Positions 19,730 through 28,117 of a stretch of DNA of 64,000 bases are shown one piece after another; positions within the stretch are counted from its first letter, which is position 1; each line of letters begins with the position of its first letter. Source of the stretch: Corallococcus sp. EGB (lineage in GTDB: Bacteria; Myxococcota; Myxococcia; Myxococcales; Myxococcaceae); the NCBI RefSeq assembly GCF_019968905.1, contig NZ_CP079946.1, positions 5,601,356 to 5,665,355 on the forward strand. Direction: 5' to 3'. The notes beneath the pieces are model-generated. The model was given only the letters and a program-made list of their open reading frames with translations, was not told the DNA's origin and did not search any database. The translations under genes and the position numbers were made by a program.

Positions 19730-20842
19730 CTACTGCCCGGGCAGACAGGTGGTGAGCGGGGGAATCGAGATGGTCGTCGTGGGGACGGTGCTGTTCACCT
19801 GGAGCCCGGCGAACGTGACGATGCCCGGGACCTGCGGGATTTCCAGCGGCTGGAACGCGAAGCGCGGGCCCTTGCCCGGCGCGATCTCCAGCGTGTCCTT
19901 CACCGTGTAGGTGATGTTCGCCGGAGGCCCCATCAGCGGCGGCTGCACGACGACGATGATGCCCAGCTTGCTGCTGGCCGCCGGCGGTCCCGGGGGGATG
20001 AAGAAGCCGCGCGCGGACTGCAGCGGCGCCAGGGGTGGAGGCAATGCGCCCGGAGGCGCCCAGTCGATGTGGAACACACGTCCGCTGGAGGCTTCCACCG
20101 TCGTGCTGTCCGCGGGCACGCGGAACACGGGGAAGCCCGGGGCGTAGAGCCAGAACACCGTCACGCCGCCGTACTTCGCCGGGTTGAGCAGGTCCGCCAC
20201 CGTCACGGACGTGCTGGTCTCGGCGCTGAGGGACCGGGCCACCGCGTCCAGGATGCCCTTGTCGCTCATCTGGAGCGCTTCCAGGCCCACGCACGCGCTG
20301 TGGGCCGGCACCACCGGGCGCACCGTCATGGTGGTCAGGTAGTTGCCCGCCGGCACGGGCGGCAGCGGGAAGGGCCCCTGGACGTCATTGGCCACGGTCC
20401 CCGGCCCCGGCACGGACAGGACGAAGTACGGCGCGCCCCTGCGGGTGGGCACCTTCTCCATCGTCCACAGGCCATGCGCGTCCGACGGCACGGGCGCGGC
20501 CGGCGCGGGGGGCATGTGGGTGACGGGATCCGGCACCGTGTCCTGCAGCGTGACGAGCGCGCCGCGCACCACCGAGCGCTGGAACAGCGGGCTGAACTCC
20601 GCGTACAGCGGCGGCAGCGCGCACTGCGTGCCCGGAGGGGCGCAGTGGGCCAGGTTGAAGAAATAGGCCTCCGGGTCCACCGCGAAGCCGGAGAGCCGCG
20701 AGGTGAGACCCTCCGGCTCGCGGTTCTCGTAGACGGGGCGCGGCGTGAAGTTCGACGCCGCGGGGGAGGAGGTGTTGTCCTGGCAGCCGGCGTTCAGCAG
20801 GGCCGCGCCGAGGAGCGTTCCGACGAAGAGGGCTCTGTGCAT
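19730..20842 (-). CDS. hypothetical Pro-rich lipoprotein
   Basis: Lipoprotein signal MHRALFVGTLLGAALLNAGCQD; 370 aa; lies between the two cytochrome genes with 15-bp and 97-bp gaps. Confidence 0.55.
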   Translation of the reverse strand: MHRALFVGTLLGAALLNAGCQDNTSSPAASNFTPRPVYENREPEGLTSRLSGFAVDPEAYFFNLAHCAPPGTQCALPPLYAEFSPLFQRSVVRGALVTLQDTVPDPVTHMPPAPAAPVPSDAHGLWTMEKVPTRRGAPYFVLSVPGPGTVANDVQGPFPLPPVPAGNYLTTMTVRPVVPAHSACVGLEALQMSDKGILDAVARSLSAETSTSVTVADLLNPAKYGGVTVFWLYAPGFPVFRVPADSTTVEASSGRVFHIDWAPPGALPPPLAPLQSARGFFIPPGPPAASSKLGIIVVVQPPLMGPPANITYTVKDTLEIAPGKGPRFAFQPLEIPQVPGIVTFAGLQVNSTVPTTTISIPPLTTCLPGQ

Positions 20843-20857
20843 GGCGGGTTGCGTCCC

Positions 20858-22768
20858 CTACTTCGCGGGGAGGATGTGGCGGGAGGGGAGCTGATCGCCG
20901 CCGTGGCACGTCTGCGCGCAGGTTCCGAACTTGCTGGGCGTGCCGCGCTGGCTGAAGGCGATCTGGAAGAACTCGTCACCGTGCTGCGAGATGTGGCACG
21001 AGCCGCACAGCGCCAGGCTGGGGCGCTCCGTGCTCTTGCGCGTCAGGTGGCACACGCTGCAGTCCGCGCGGTTCGCCGGGTAGCTGGGCGAATTCATGTG
21101 GATGCGGTGCACCATCTCCTGCGTGCGGCCCACGGTGTCCGTGTCGTAGTGGTGGCAGACCTTGCAGCTCTCGATGTGGTCCACCGACAGGCCGTGGCGC
21201 AGGTTGTCCAGCGACAGCACGCCGCGGTGGCACAGCTGGCAGTTGCCCACGTTGCCCGGGTACGTCGTCGGCTCGTCCTGGCCCACCTGGAAGAAGAAGG
21301 GGTTCAGCTTCGCGATGCGCTCGCCCATGGCCCCGCGGTTGAACTTCACCAGCGCCACGTAGGTGCCCGGCTTCGCGTTCGCCGGCAGCGTGAACGTCTG
21401 GCGCGTGGGCCACCTGTAGTCGATGAGGCCCGGCGTCAGGCCCGTGAGCGTGGCGTCATCGTAGACGGGGAACGGGAACGGCTTGGCGAAGAACTGCGGC
21501 GTGTCGCTCGGGTTGCCCAGCACCTTCAGGTCCTGCAGCGGCCCCGCGATGGCCACGTTGGAGATGGTGTCGTTCTCCGCCGTGATGGAGATGACGCCGG
21601 GGACGAAGGTCAGCAGGCCGTTGGACTGGCCACCGATGATGTCCCGCGCGCTGGGCAACAGGTCCGGGGAGTGCAGGTGCGCCCCGGAGCTGTCGCGCAG
21701 GTCGATGTAGACGCTCACGTCCTCGCCGGGCTTGTAGAAGCTGCCCTCCTTCGGAGGAGAGAAGACCAGCCGCGAGTCCAGGCCCGGGCTGCACTGCACC
21801 GGGTTGCCCGCGTCGTCGGTGCACGTGGACGGGCGCTCATCCGGGATGACGTACGTCACCGGGAAGTAGAACGGCTTGTCCGGCAGCTGGCTCCAGGTGG
21901 CCCGGAGCGCGCCGGGGCCCGACAGGCGCGGGATGCGCAGCACCTTGAACGGGTTGGTGCTGCCCACCCAGTCCACGCGCGCGATGGTGCGGGTGGTGGG
22001 GCTCTGATCCAGGCCGCCCGTGATGCCCGTGACGGTGCCGGGGTCCTTGTCGCCGGGGAAGCGCGGCGCCTTCAGGTTCTCCGACCGCCAGGCGAAGCGG
22101 CTGTGGCCGGCGTAGGGCGAGGAGGCCAGCAACTCCGAGCGCAGGTACGTCTGGCTCGCGCGCGGGGCGCCCGTCTCGTCCAGCACCTCCACGGTGATGG
22201 TGTCGTCCTTCACCTTCTGCCAGTTCGCGTTGCCGAACTGCACCTCACGCGTCCAGCAGTCCTCCACCGCGCCCGCGAGGCTGTAGAAGCTCCACTCGTC
22301 CGGCCCCTGGTTGACGTTGGTCCAGTCCAGGCCGGCGAACACCGTCTGGGTCTTGATCCAGTTGAGCGCCGGCGTCAGGTCGGTGGGGTTGGTGTGCTGG
22401 TTGACCACGCTCTCCGTCACGGAGAACTGGTTCAGGAAGTACTGCGTATCCGACAGGATCTGCATCGTCCCCTGGGGGGGCGACAGCGTCAGCGGGTTCT
22501 GCGCGAGCGGCGTGACGCACACGTCCGGGTACGGGACGGGCACGCCGTTCTTCGCCACCATCTGCCCGTTGGGCAGGAAGGCGCAGCCGTTGATGTACTG
22601 GAGACTCAGTCGGATCGCGCCGGAGTTGAGGCCCTGGTACGGGTCGAACCGCTTGGCGCCGCGGCCCGTCGTGGATCCCTCGTCGTCAGTGACCTTGAGG
22701 AGGTTGCAGGACAGCAGGGGCACCAGCAGGGCGCACCACGCGCTCTTCAGCAGGATTGAGCGGTTCAT
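20858..22768 (-). CDS. multiheme c-type cytochrome lipoprotein with a large N-terminal non-heme domain
   Basis: Lipoprotein signal ...LLVPLLSCNL; about 480-aa beta-rich N-terminal region; C-terminal cluster CQLCH, CKVCH, CSVCH, CGSCH plus CAQTCH (CX3CH). Confidence 0.75.
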   Translation of the reverse strand: MNRSILLKSAWCALLVPLLSCNLLKVTDDEGSTTGRGAKRFDPYQGLNSGAIRLSLQYINGCAFLPNGQMVAKNGVPVPYPDVCVTPLAQNPLTLSPPQGTMQILSDTQYFLNQFSVTESVVNQHTNPTDLTPALNWIKTQTVFAGLDWTNVNQGPDEWSFYSLAGAVEDCWTREVQFGNANWQKVKDDTITVEVLDETGAPRASQTYLRSELLASSPYAGHSRFAWRSENLKAPRFPGDKDPGTVTGITGGLDQSPTTRTIARVDWVGSTNPFKVLRIPRLSGPGALRATWSQLPDKPFYFPVTYVIPDERPSTCTDDAGNPVQCSPGLDSRLVFSPPKEGSFYKPGEDVSVYIDLRDSSGAHLHSPDLLPSARDIIGGQSNGLLTFVPGVISITAENDTISNVAIAGPLQDLKVLGNPSDTPQFFAKPFPFPVYDDATLTGLTPGLIDYRWPTRQTFTLPANAKPGTYVALVKFNRGAMGERIAKLNPFFFQVGQDEPTTYPGNVGNCQLCHRGVLSLDNLRHGLSVDHIESCKVCHHYDTDTVGRTQEMVHRIHMNSPSYPANRADCSVCHLTRKSTERPSLALCGSCHISQHGDEFFQIAFSQRGTPSKFGTCAQTCHGGDQLPSRHILPAK

Positions 22769-23017
22769 GGAAGACGAGGCCGGAGGCAGTCAGGGGAAGG
22801 AAGGGGAGCAGGTGTCCACACGCGCGGGCCCACACGACCCACCGTTCCCGACGCCGCCACCCTTCCGCCACGCGGAGAGGGTGAGGTCCGGGAAGGGTTG
22901 GGAGGAGAACACCTCATCGGTTCGAACTGACCACATTATGAGAGTCCGCGCAATTCGTGGACAGCAGATCACACCGGGGAAATCGCGCGGAGTGGTCGCG
23001 TGACTCAGGGCGTCGGA

Positions 23018-23944
23018 CTAGAGGCTGAGGCCGGCGGACAGGAGCAGCGCGAAGACGAGCCCCAGCGCCGCGGTCTTCCCCAGGTGGGGGTTGAGCGCGC
23101 CGCCATCCTCGCGCCAGATGGCGCGGATCTGCCTCACCGCGAGTGGCAGGGCCGCCAGCGTGAGGAGCCAGGCCTTGGGGTGCTCCGGCGTCACCGCCCA
23201 GACGAGCACCGGGAGCGCGAACGCGCCCGCCACGGCCACCGTGTACTCCCACTGGCCGAAGCGCTGGCCGAAGCGGACCACGAGCGTGCGCTTGCCGGCG
23301 ACGACGTCCGTCTTGCGGTCGCGCAGGTTGTTCACCGCGAGGATGCCGGCGGAGAACAGCCCCATGGACAGCCCCGCCAGCAGCACCGCCGGCGTGACGT
23401 GATGGGTGAGCACCCCGTAGCTGCCGCTCACCCCCAACAGGCCGAAGATGATCAACACCAGCACGTCCCCCAGGCCCAGGTAGCCCAGGGGGACGGGGCC
23501 CGCGGAGTAGAAGACCGCGCCGCCCAGGCAGAAGGCGCCGCCCAGGAACACCGGCCACCCATCCACCTGGGTCAGGAGCAGCAGCGCGAGCGAGGAGCCG
23601 GTGAACGCCAGCGCCGCGGCCGTGGCCACCTCGCGCGCGGTGAGCCAGCCCTTCTGCGTGACGCGCGCGGGGCCCAGGCGCGCCTCCGTGTCCGCGCCCC
23701 GTTCGAAGTCCGCGTAGTCATTCACCAGGTTGCTGACGATCTGCATGAGCACGAAGCCCACCAGGAACGTGAGCGCCGGCACCGGCTGCCAGTGCCCTTC
23801 CGCGTGGGCGAAGGCCCAACCCAGCAGCGTGGGGGCGATGGAGGCGGTCAGCGTCTTGGGCCTGAGGGCGAGCCACCAGACGCGGGCCAGAGGGGGTTTC
23901 ACTTCAACCGCGACACTCGACGACGGGGAAATCGGGGCGGCCAT
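23018..23944 (-). CDS. menA: 1,4-dihydroxy-2-naphthoate polyprenyltransferase (UbiA superfamily)
   Basis: NDYADFERGAD motif and a second Asp-rich region; 8-9 TM helices; start MAAPISPSS within ORF 23018..24049. Confidence 0.8.
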   Translation of the reverse strand: MAAPISPSSSVAVEVKPPLARVWWLALRPKTLTASIAPTLLGWAFAHAEGHWQPVPALTFLVGFVLMQIVSNLVNDYADFERGADTEARLGPARVTQKGWLTAREVATAAALAFTGSSLALLLLTQVDGWPVFLGGAFCLGGAVFYSAGPVPLGYLGLGDVLVLIIFGLLGVSGSYGVLTHHVTPAVLLAGLSMGLFSAGILAVNNLRDRKTDVVAGKRTLVVRFGQRFGQWEYTVAVAGAFALPVLVWAVTPEHPKAWLLTLAALPLAVRQIRAIWREDGGALNPHLGKTAALGLVFALLLSAGLSL

Positions 23945-24030
23945 GGGTCTCCGGGGGAGGGAGCAGGCGCACGGTAAAGCTACAGGCCCAGGGGCCGCAA
24001 GAGGACCCAATGAATCACATTGGTTGCCCT

Positions 24031-24050
24031 CATGTATCACCTGATACATG
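24031..24050. promoter_or_regulatory. perfect palindrome (9-bp arms, 2-bp spacer), candidate operator in the menA/slt divergent region
   Basis: catgtatca-cc-tgatacatg, AT-rich in a 70% GC genome; a second inverted repeat ccaatg-aatca-cattgg lies at 24007..24023. It sits 87-106 bp upstream of the menA start and 470 bp upstream of slt. Confidence 0.35.
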
Positions 24051-24519
24051 CAGCCTCCGCCCCGTGGCTGGAGCGGATTGTCAACATCGCGTCACGGCGC
24101 CATGCGCCCCAAAGGCAGACGCGAGCCGCACCTGCCGTGAATTCATTGATACGCTGAAGCAGCATCAGTCCGGCGCGTTCGCGTCCGCATCGACTTCAAG
24201 CGGGAGGAGGAGCTGTCCTTCGGGCTGGGAGCCCGCGCGGTACGAGCCGACGTACGAGGTAGCGCCCCGCATGCCGAGCGACCTCGGGGGTGCGGCTCGC
24301 CACGCCCTGACAGCAGGCGAACACCCCTGGGTATGTAGCACCCCAGACGCCACCCGCGCGGCCACCGTGCCGTTGGCTTTCTTGCAGGGCTCCTGGTGTG
24401 TGCCGGGGGCCGGATGCACAGAAGGCAACGCAGGCCTGACAAGGGGACAGGCGGGCAGGTTCCAAGCGGAGTGGCAGTGCCAATCCATCGGGGTCGCTGG
24501 CGGACGAACGAGGGGTGGC

Positions 24520-26970
24520 ATGGACGGACTTCGAGGAACGGCGGCGGTCTTGCTCGCGTGCGCGGGCCTGTGGGCACCGGGCGCCGCGTGGGCCCAGGTG
24601 CCCGACGAGGACGACTCCGGCGATGTGATGTCGGAGGAGAAGCTGGAGTCCCTGCTCGACACGCCCACGGCGCAGCCCTCGGAGGACGAGGTGACGGCGG
24701 AGGCCTTCGGGCCGGAGCGGCTGACGCCCTACTTCGCGGAAGGACTGCTGGCGAAGGCGAAGGCGGAGTTCGACCGGGGCCGGTACAAGTCCGCGCGGGC
24801 GCTGCTCGCGACGGAGTCTCCCCCCTCCCTCCCCGGCCGCTTCCTCCAGGCGCAGAGCGCGTTCCTGGCGCGCGACTTCACCACCGCCGCCGAGGAGTTC
24901 ACCGCGCTCGCGGAGGACTACGTCCCCTTGCGTGACCACTGCCTGATGAAGGCCGCGCAGGCGCATGAGCGGCTGCACAAGCCGCTGCGCGCGGCGGAGC
25001 AGTATGGCCAGGTGAGCCCCAGCTCACCGCTCTATCCGGAGGCGCGCTTCACCATGGCGCAGGTGCTCAAGCGCCAGCTGAAGATCCCCGAGGCGCTGAC
25101 CGCGCTCCAGGAGTTCATCGACCACCGGCAGGCGCGCGGCCCGGACCCGCTGCGGATGAAGGCGCTGCTCGCGTACTGCGACCTGGCGCGCGCCGCGGGG
25201 CAATACAACGCGGAGCACCGCGCACTGCTGGAGGTCTGGGCCACCGCGCCCCTGTCCCGCGAGGCGGAGCGCGCGCGCACCCTGCTGCGCGACCTGCCCC
25301 TTCCCATGAAGTGGCGCGTGCGTCGCGCGGAGGCGCTGGTGGAGCTGCACCAGAACGTCGCGGCCATGAACATGCTGGCCCGCTCCGGCCCCCGCACGGA
25401 GCTTCCGGATGAGCTGGCCTGCCGCGCCCAGCTCACCCTGGGCCGAGCCCTGCGCAAGGAGCGCCAGCACCGCCGCGCCATCCAGGTGCTGGAGCCGGTG
25501 GCGCGCGAGTGCCAGTCGCCCGAGCAGCGGCCGCAGGCGCTGTACCTGCTCGCCTATTCGCAGTCGGTGGTGCAGCCCGAGGAGGCGGTGGAGACCTACG
25601 CCACGCTGGCGCGCGACTACCCGGACCACGGCTACGCGGACGACGCGCTCTTCTTCGAGGCCTGGACGCAGCAGCGCCTGGGCCGCGCGGACGAGGCGCT
25701 CCAGAACTACGAGGCGCTGGCGAAGCGCTACCCCGCCGGCAACTTCGCCGCCGAGGCCCTCTTCCGCGCCTTCTGGCTGCACCTGCGCAAGGCCGAGACG
25801 CAGCCGGGCCTGGCGTCGCTGATGGCGGTGGAGCAGCTTCCGGAGGCCGCGCGCACCGACGACGCCCTCTGGCGCGCGCGCTACTGGCAGGCGCGCGTGC
25901 AGGAGAACGGCGGCGCGTTGGACGCGGCGCTCGCGCGCTACGAGCTCATCGCCACCGAGCGCCCCACGGCCTGGTACGGGCTGCTGTCCCGGACGCGCCT
26001 GGCGCAGCACGCACCGGAGCGGCTGGCGCGGCTGACGGAGACCGCCGCGCGGCCCGCCGCCGCGAAGACGTTGAACGCCGCCGCGCCGGCCAACGACGAG
26101 GTCTGGCCCCTGCCGCCCGGGCCGCTCCAGAAGGATCCGCGCTTCGCGGCGGGCGTGGAGCTGTTGCGCCTGGGGCAGCCCGGCGTGGTGGAGGAGCTGC
26201 TCGCGGTGGACACGCGCGGCCTGGCGGAGGCGCCCGCGCGGCTGCTCTACCAGACCATGCGCCGCACCGGCCGGGGCCGGGCCACGCGGCAGGTGGCCCG
26301 CGTGACGCTGCGCCAGGAGGCCGCGGGGCCGCTCAGCGCCGCGTCCCGCCCGGTGTGGGAGGCGACGTGGCCCCTCGCGTTCCGGCCGCTCATCCAGAGC
26401 TACTCGCGCGCCGCGCGCGTGGACCCCGACCTCTTGCAGGGCCTCATCCGCGAGGAGAGCCGCTTCAACCCGAGCGCGCGCTCCTCCACCGGCGCGCTGG
26501 GGCTCGCGCAGCTCATGCCCCAGACGGCGCGGCAGGTGGCGGACTCGCTCAAGATGGCGTCGTTCGAGGTGTCGTCGCTCCTGCAGCCCGCGCAGAACAT
26601 CCGGCTGGGCGCGGCGTACCTGGGCTCGCTGCTCAAGCACTTCGACGGCAACCCCGCCTACGCGGTGGCCGCCTACAACGCGGGCCCGGCGGCGGTGGAG
26701 CGCTGGCGCAAGGCCCTGCCGGACGCGGAGCTGGACGAGTGGGTGGAGCACATCGCCTTCGACGAGACGCGCGACTACGTGAAGCGCGTGCTCAGCAGCT
26801 ACAGCGCCTACAAGCTGCTCTACGCGAACGAGGTCCCCGCCTCCTTCGCGCCGGCCCGCAGGGCGCCGCTGGAGGCCTCGCGCACGCCCACGCTGAGCCC
26901 CGCCGCGGGCGTGGGTGGCAGCGGCCGCAACGTGGCGACGCCCACGTCCTCCGTCTCCGGACGACGCTAG
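24520..26970 (+). CDS. slt: soluble lytic murein transglycosylase (Slt70-like: superhelical N-domain plus SLT domain)
   Basis: Signal MDGLRGTAAVLLACAGLWAPGAAWAQ; C-terminal SLT motifs GLIREESRFNPSARSSTGALGLAQLMPQTA...AYNAGPAAVERW. The upstream 510 nt of ORF 24010..26970 is non-coding-like. Confidence 0.8.
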   Translation: MDGLRGTAAVLLACAGLWAPGAAWAQVPDEDDSGDVMSEEKLESLLDTPTAQPSEDEVTAEAFGPERLTPYFAEGLLAKAKAEFDRGRYKSARALLATESPPSLPGRFLQAQSAFLARDFTTAAEEFTALAEDYVPLRDHCLMKAAQAHERLHKPLRAAEQYGQVSPSSPLYPEARFTMAQVLKRQLKIPEALTALQEFIDHRQARGPDPLRMKALLAYCDLARAAGQYNAEHRALLEVWATAPLSREAERARTLLRDLPLPMKWRVRRAEALVELHQNVAAMNMLARSGPRTELPDELACRAQLTLGRALRKERQHRRAIQVLEPVARECQSPEQRPQALYLLAYSQSVVQPEEAVETYATLARDYPDHGYADDALFFEAWTQQRLGRADEALQNYEALAKRYPAGNFAAEALFRAFWLHLRKAETQPGLASLMAVEQLPEAARTDDALWRARYWQARVQENGGALDAALARYELIATERPTAWYGLLSRTRLAQHAPERLARLTETAARPAAAKTLNAAAPANDEVWPLPPGPLQKDPRFAAGVELLRLGQPGVVEELLAVDTRGLAEAPARLLYQTMRRTGRGRATRQVARVTLRQEAAGPLSAASRPVWEATWPLAFRPLIQSYSRAARVDPDLLQGLIREESRFNPSARSSTGALGLAQLMPQTARQVADSLKMASFEVSSLLQPAQNIRLGAAYLGSLLKHFDGNPAYAVAAYNAGPAAVERWRKALPDAELDEWVEHIAFDETRDYVKRVLSSYSAYKLLYANEVPASFAPARRAPLEASRTPTLSPAAGVGGSGRNVATPTSSVSGRR

Positions 26971-27026
26971 CGGCAACGCCGGACGGGAGCGCGGCTCCCG
27001 TCCGGCGCGTGAAACAACCTTGCCCG

Positions 27027-27842
27027 CTACTTGCCCGCGGTCGTGGGCTCGGTGATGGACTCCGAGCGGATGGTGTACTGGCTGGCAACGGCGTTCGTGT
27101 CGATGCCGGTGAAGTGGCGGTACGGGTACGCGCCATCCGCGATGGTCTCGACGAACTCCACCGTGTCCCCCGTGACGGTCTTGCCGTCGATGTCCACGGT
27201 GAAGGTGTTCTTCTCCGCGTTCACGCGCCACACGCACGCGCCCACGTTCGTCGCCGTGGAGCCGGTGGTCAGCGAGAGGATGTCGAAGTCGCTCAGGAAG
27301 AAGTGGTGCATCTCCGCCCAGCGGAGGAAGTCCCGCCAGCTGCCGAAGGTGATCACGAACCCTGCGGGCTGCTGGGTGGAGCCCTGGAGCACGCCGCCCC
27401 GGTAGACGTTCATCCGGAACGCAGAGCCGCCCGGCGAGCCCGTGAACGTGGGCGCCATGGTGACCGTGTTCGCCTCACGCCCCGGCCTCACCTGCAACGT
27501 GCTGACGACCTGATCGCCGTCGCGCGCGGACAGCTGGTAGCCGCCCTTGTCGCCCAGGCTCATCGCCACGCGCTGTTCCCACTTCACGGCCTGCTTGAAG
27601 TTGCTGGAGACGCCGTCTTTCGGGGTCAGGAGCTTGGACACCGCCAGACCGTCCGCCACGGCATCGAGCCGCGCCTGGCCCAGCGCGCAGCTGGAGATGC
27701 CGTCGAACTTCGTCACGCACTGGGACGCCGCGGACTCCTGCGCGCCCAGCGAACCCGTGGCCTGGCTGTCGTCACCGCCAGCGCAGCCCGTGATGCTCAG
27801 CAGCATGGAAGCCAGCAGGAGACCCGTCCTCTTCAGATGCAT
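27027..27842 (-). CDS. hypothetical lipoprotein
   Basis: MHLKRTGLLLASMLLSITGCAGG lipobox; 271 aa. Confidence 0.55.
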   Translation of the reverse strand: MHLKRTGLLLASMLLSITGCAGGDDSQATGSLGAQESAASQCVTKFDGISSCALGQARLDAVADGLAVSKLLTPKDGVSSNFKQAVKWEQRVAMSLGDKGGYQLSARDGDQVVSTLQVRPGREANTVTMAPTFTGSPGGSAFRMNVYRGGVLQGSTQQPAGFVITFGSWRDFLRWAEMHHFFLSDFDILSLTTGSTATNVGACVWRVNAEKNTFTVDIDGKTVTGDTVEFVETIADGAYPYRHFTGIDTNAVASQYTIRSESITEPTTAGK

Positions 27843-28117
27843 GCACTACCTCATGGTGGGAGTGGACTGCGCGCCACTCCTCTGCACCCCGCGAGCCAAG
27901 ACCCGGAGCCCGTCTGCTTTCACTCTGGCCCTGCATTGTTTGAGAAAACGAAGTAGCGCCGGATGTCACATGAAACATGTGATTTGTAGCAGGGTTGGTC
28001 TCACCCGGAGCGTCAGGGCCCCGCACTCGCGGGAGGAACTTCGCCGCGGCGCACAACTCCCGGCCGGGTCGGGTGGATAATGAGGGGAGCGCGGTTTCTC
28101 CCCCCGGATTGCCCACC

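Noticed and set aside
18335-22759. + ORFs 18335..19720 (461 aa) and 20069..22759 (896 aa)
   Set aside because: Antisense of the cytochrome genes. The real genes carry CxxCH motifs and lipoprotein signals on the minus strand.
22925-22945. tRNA-like T-loop sequence cggTTCGAActgacc in the lower-GC gap upstream of the cytochrome operon
   Set aside because: No complementary T-stem, acceptor stem or anticodon arm can be drawn around it. Most likely promoter DNA.
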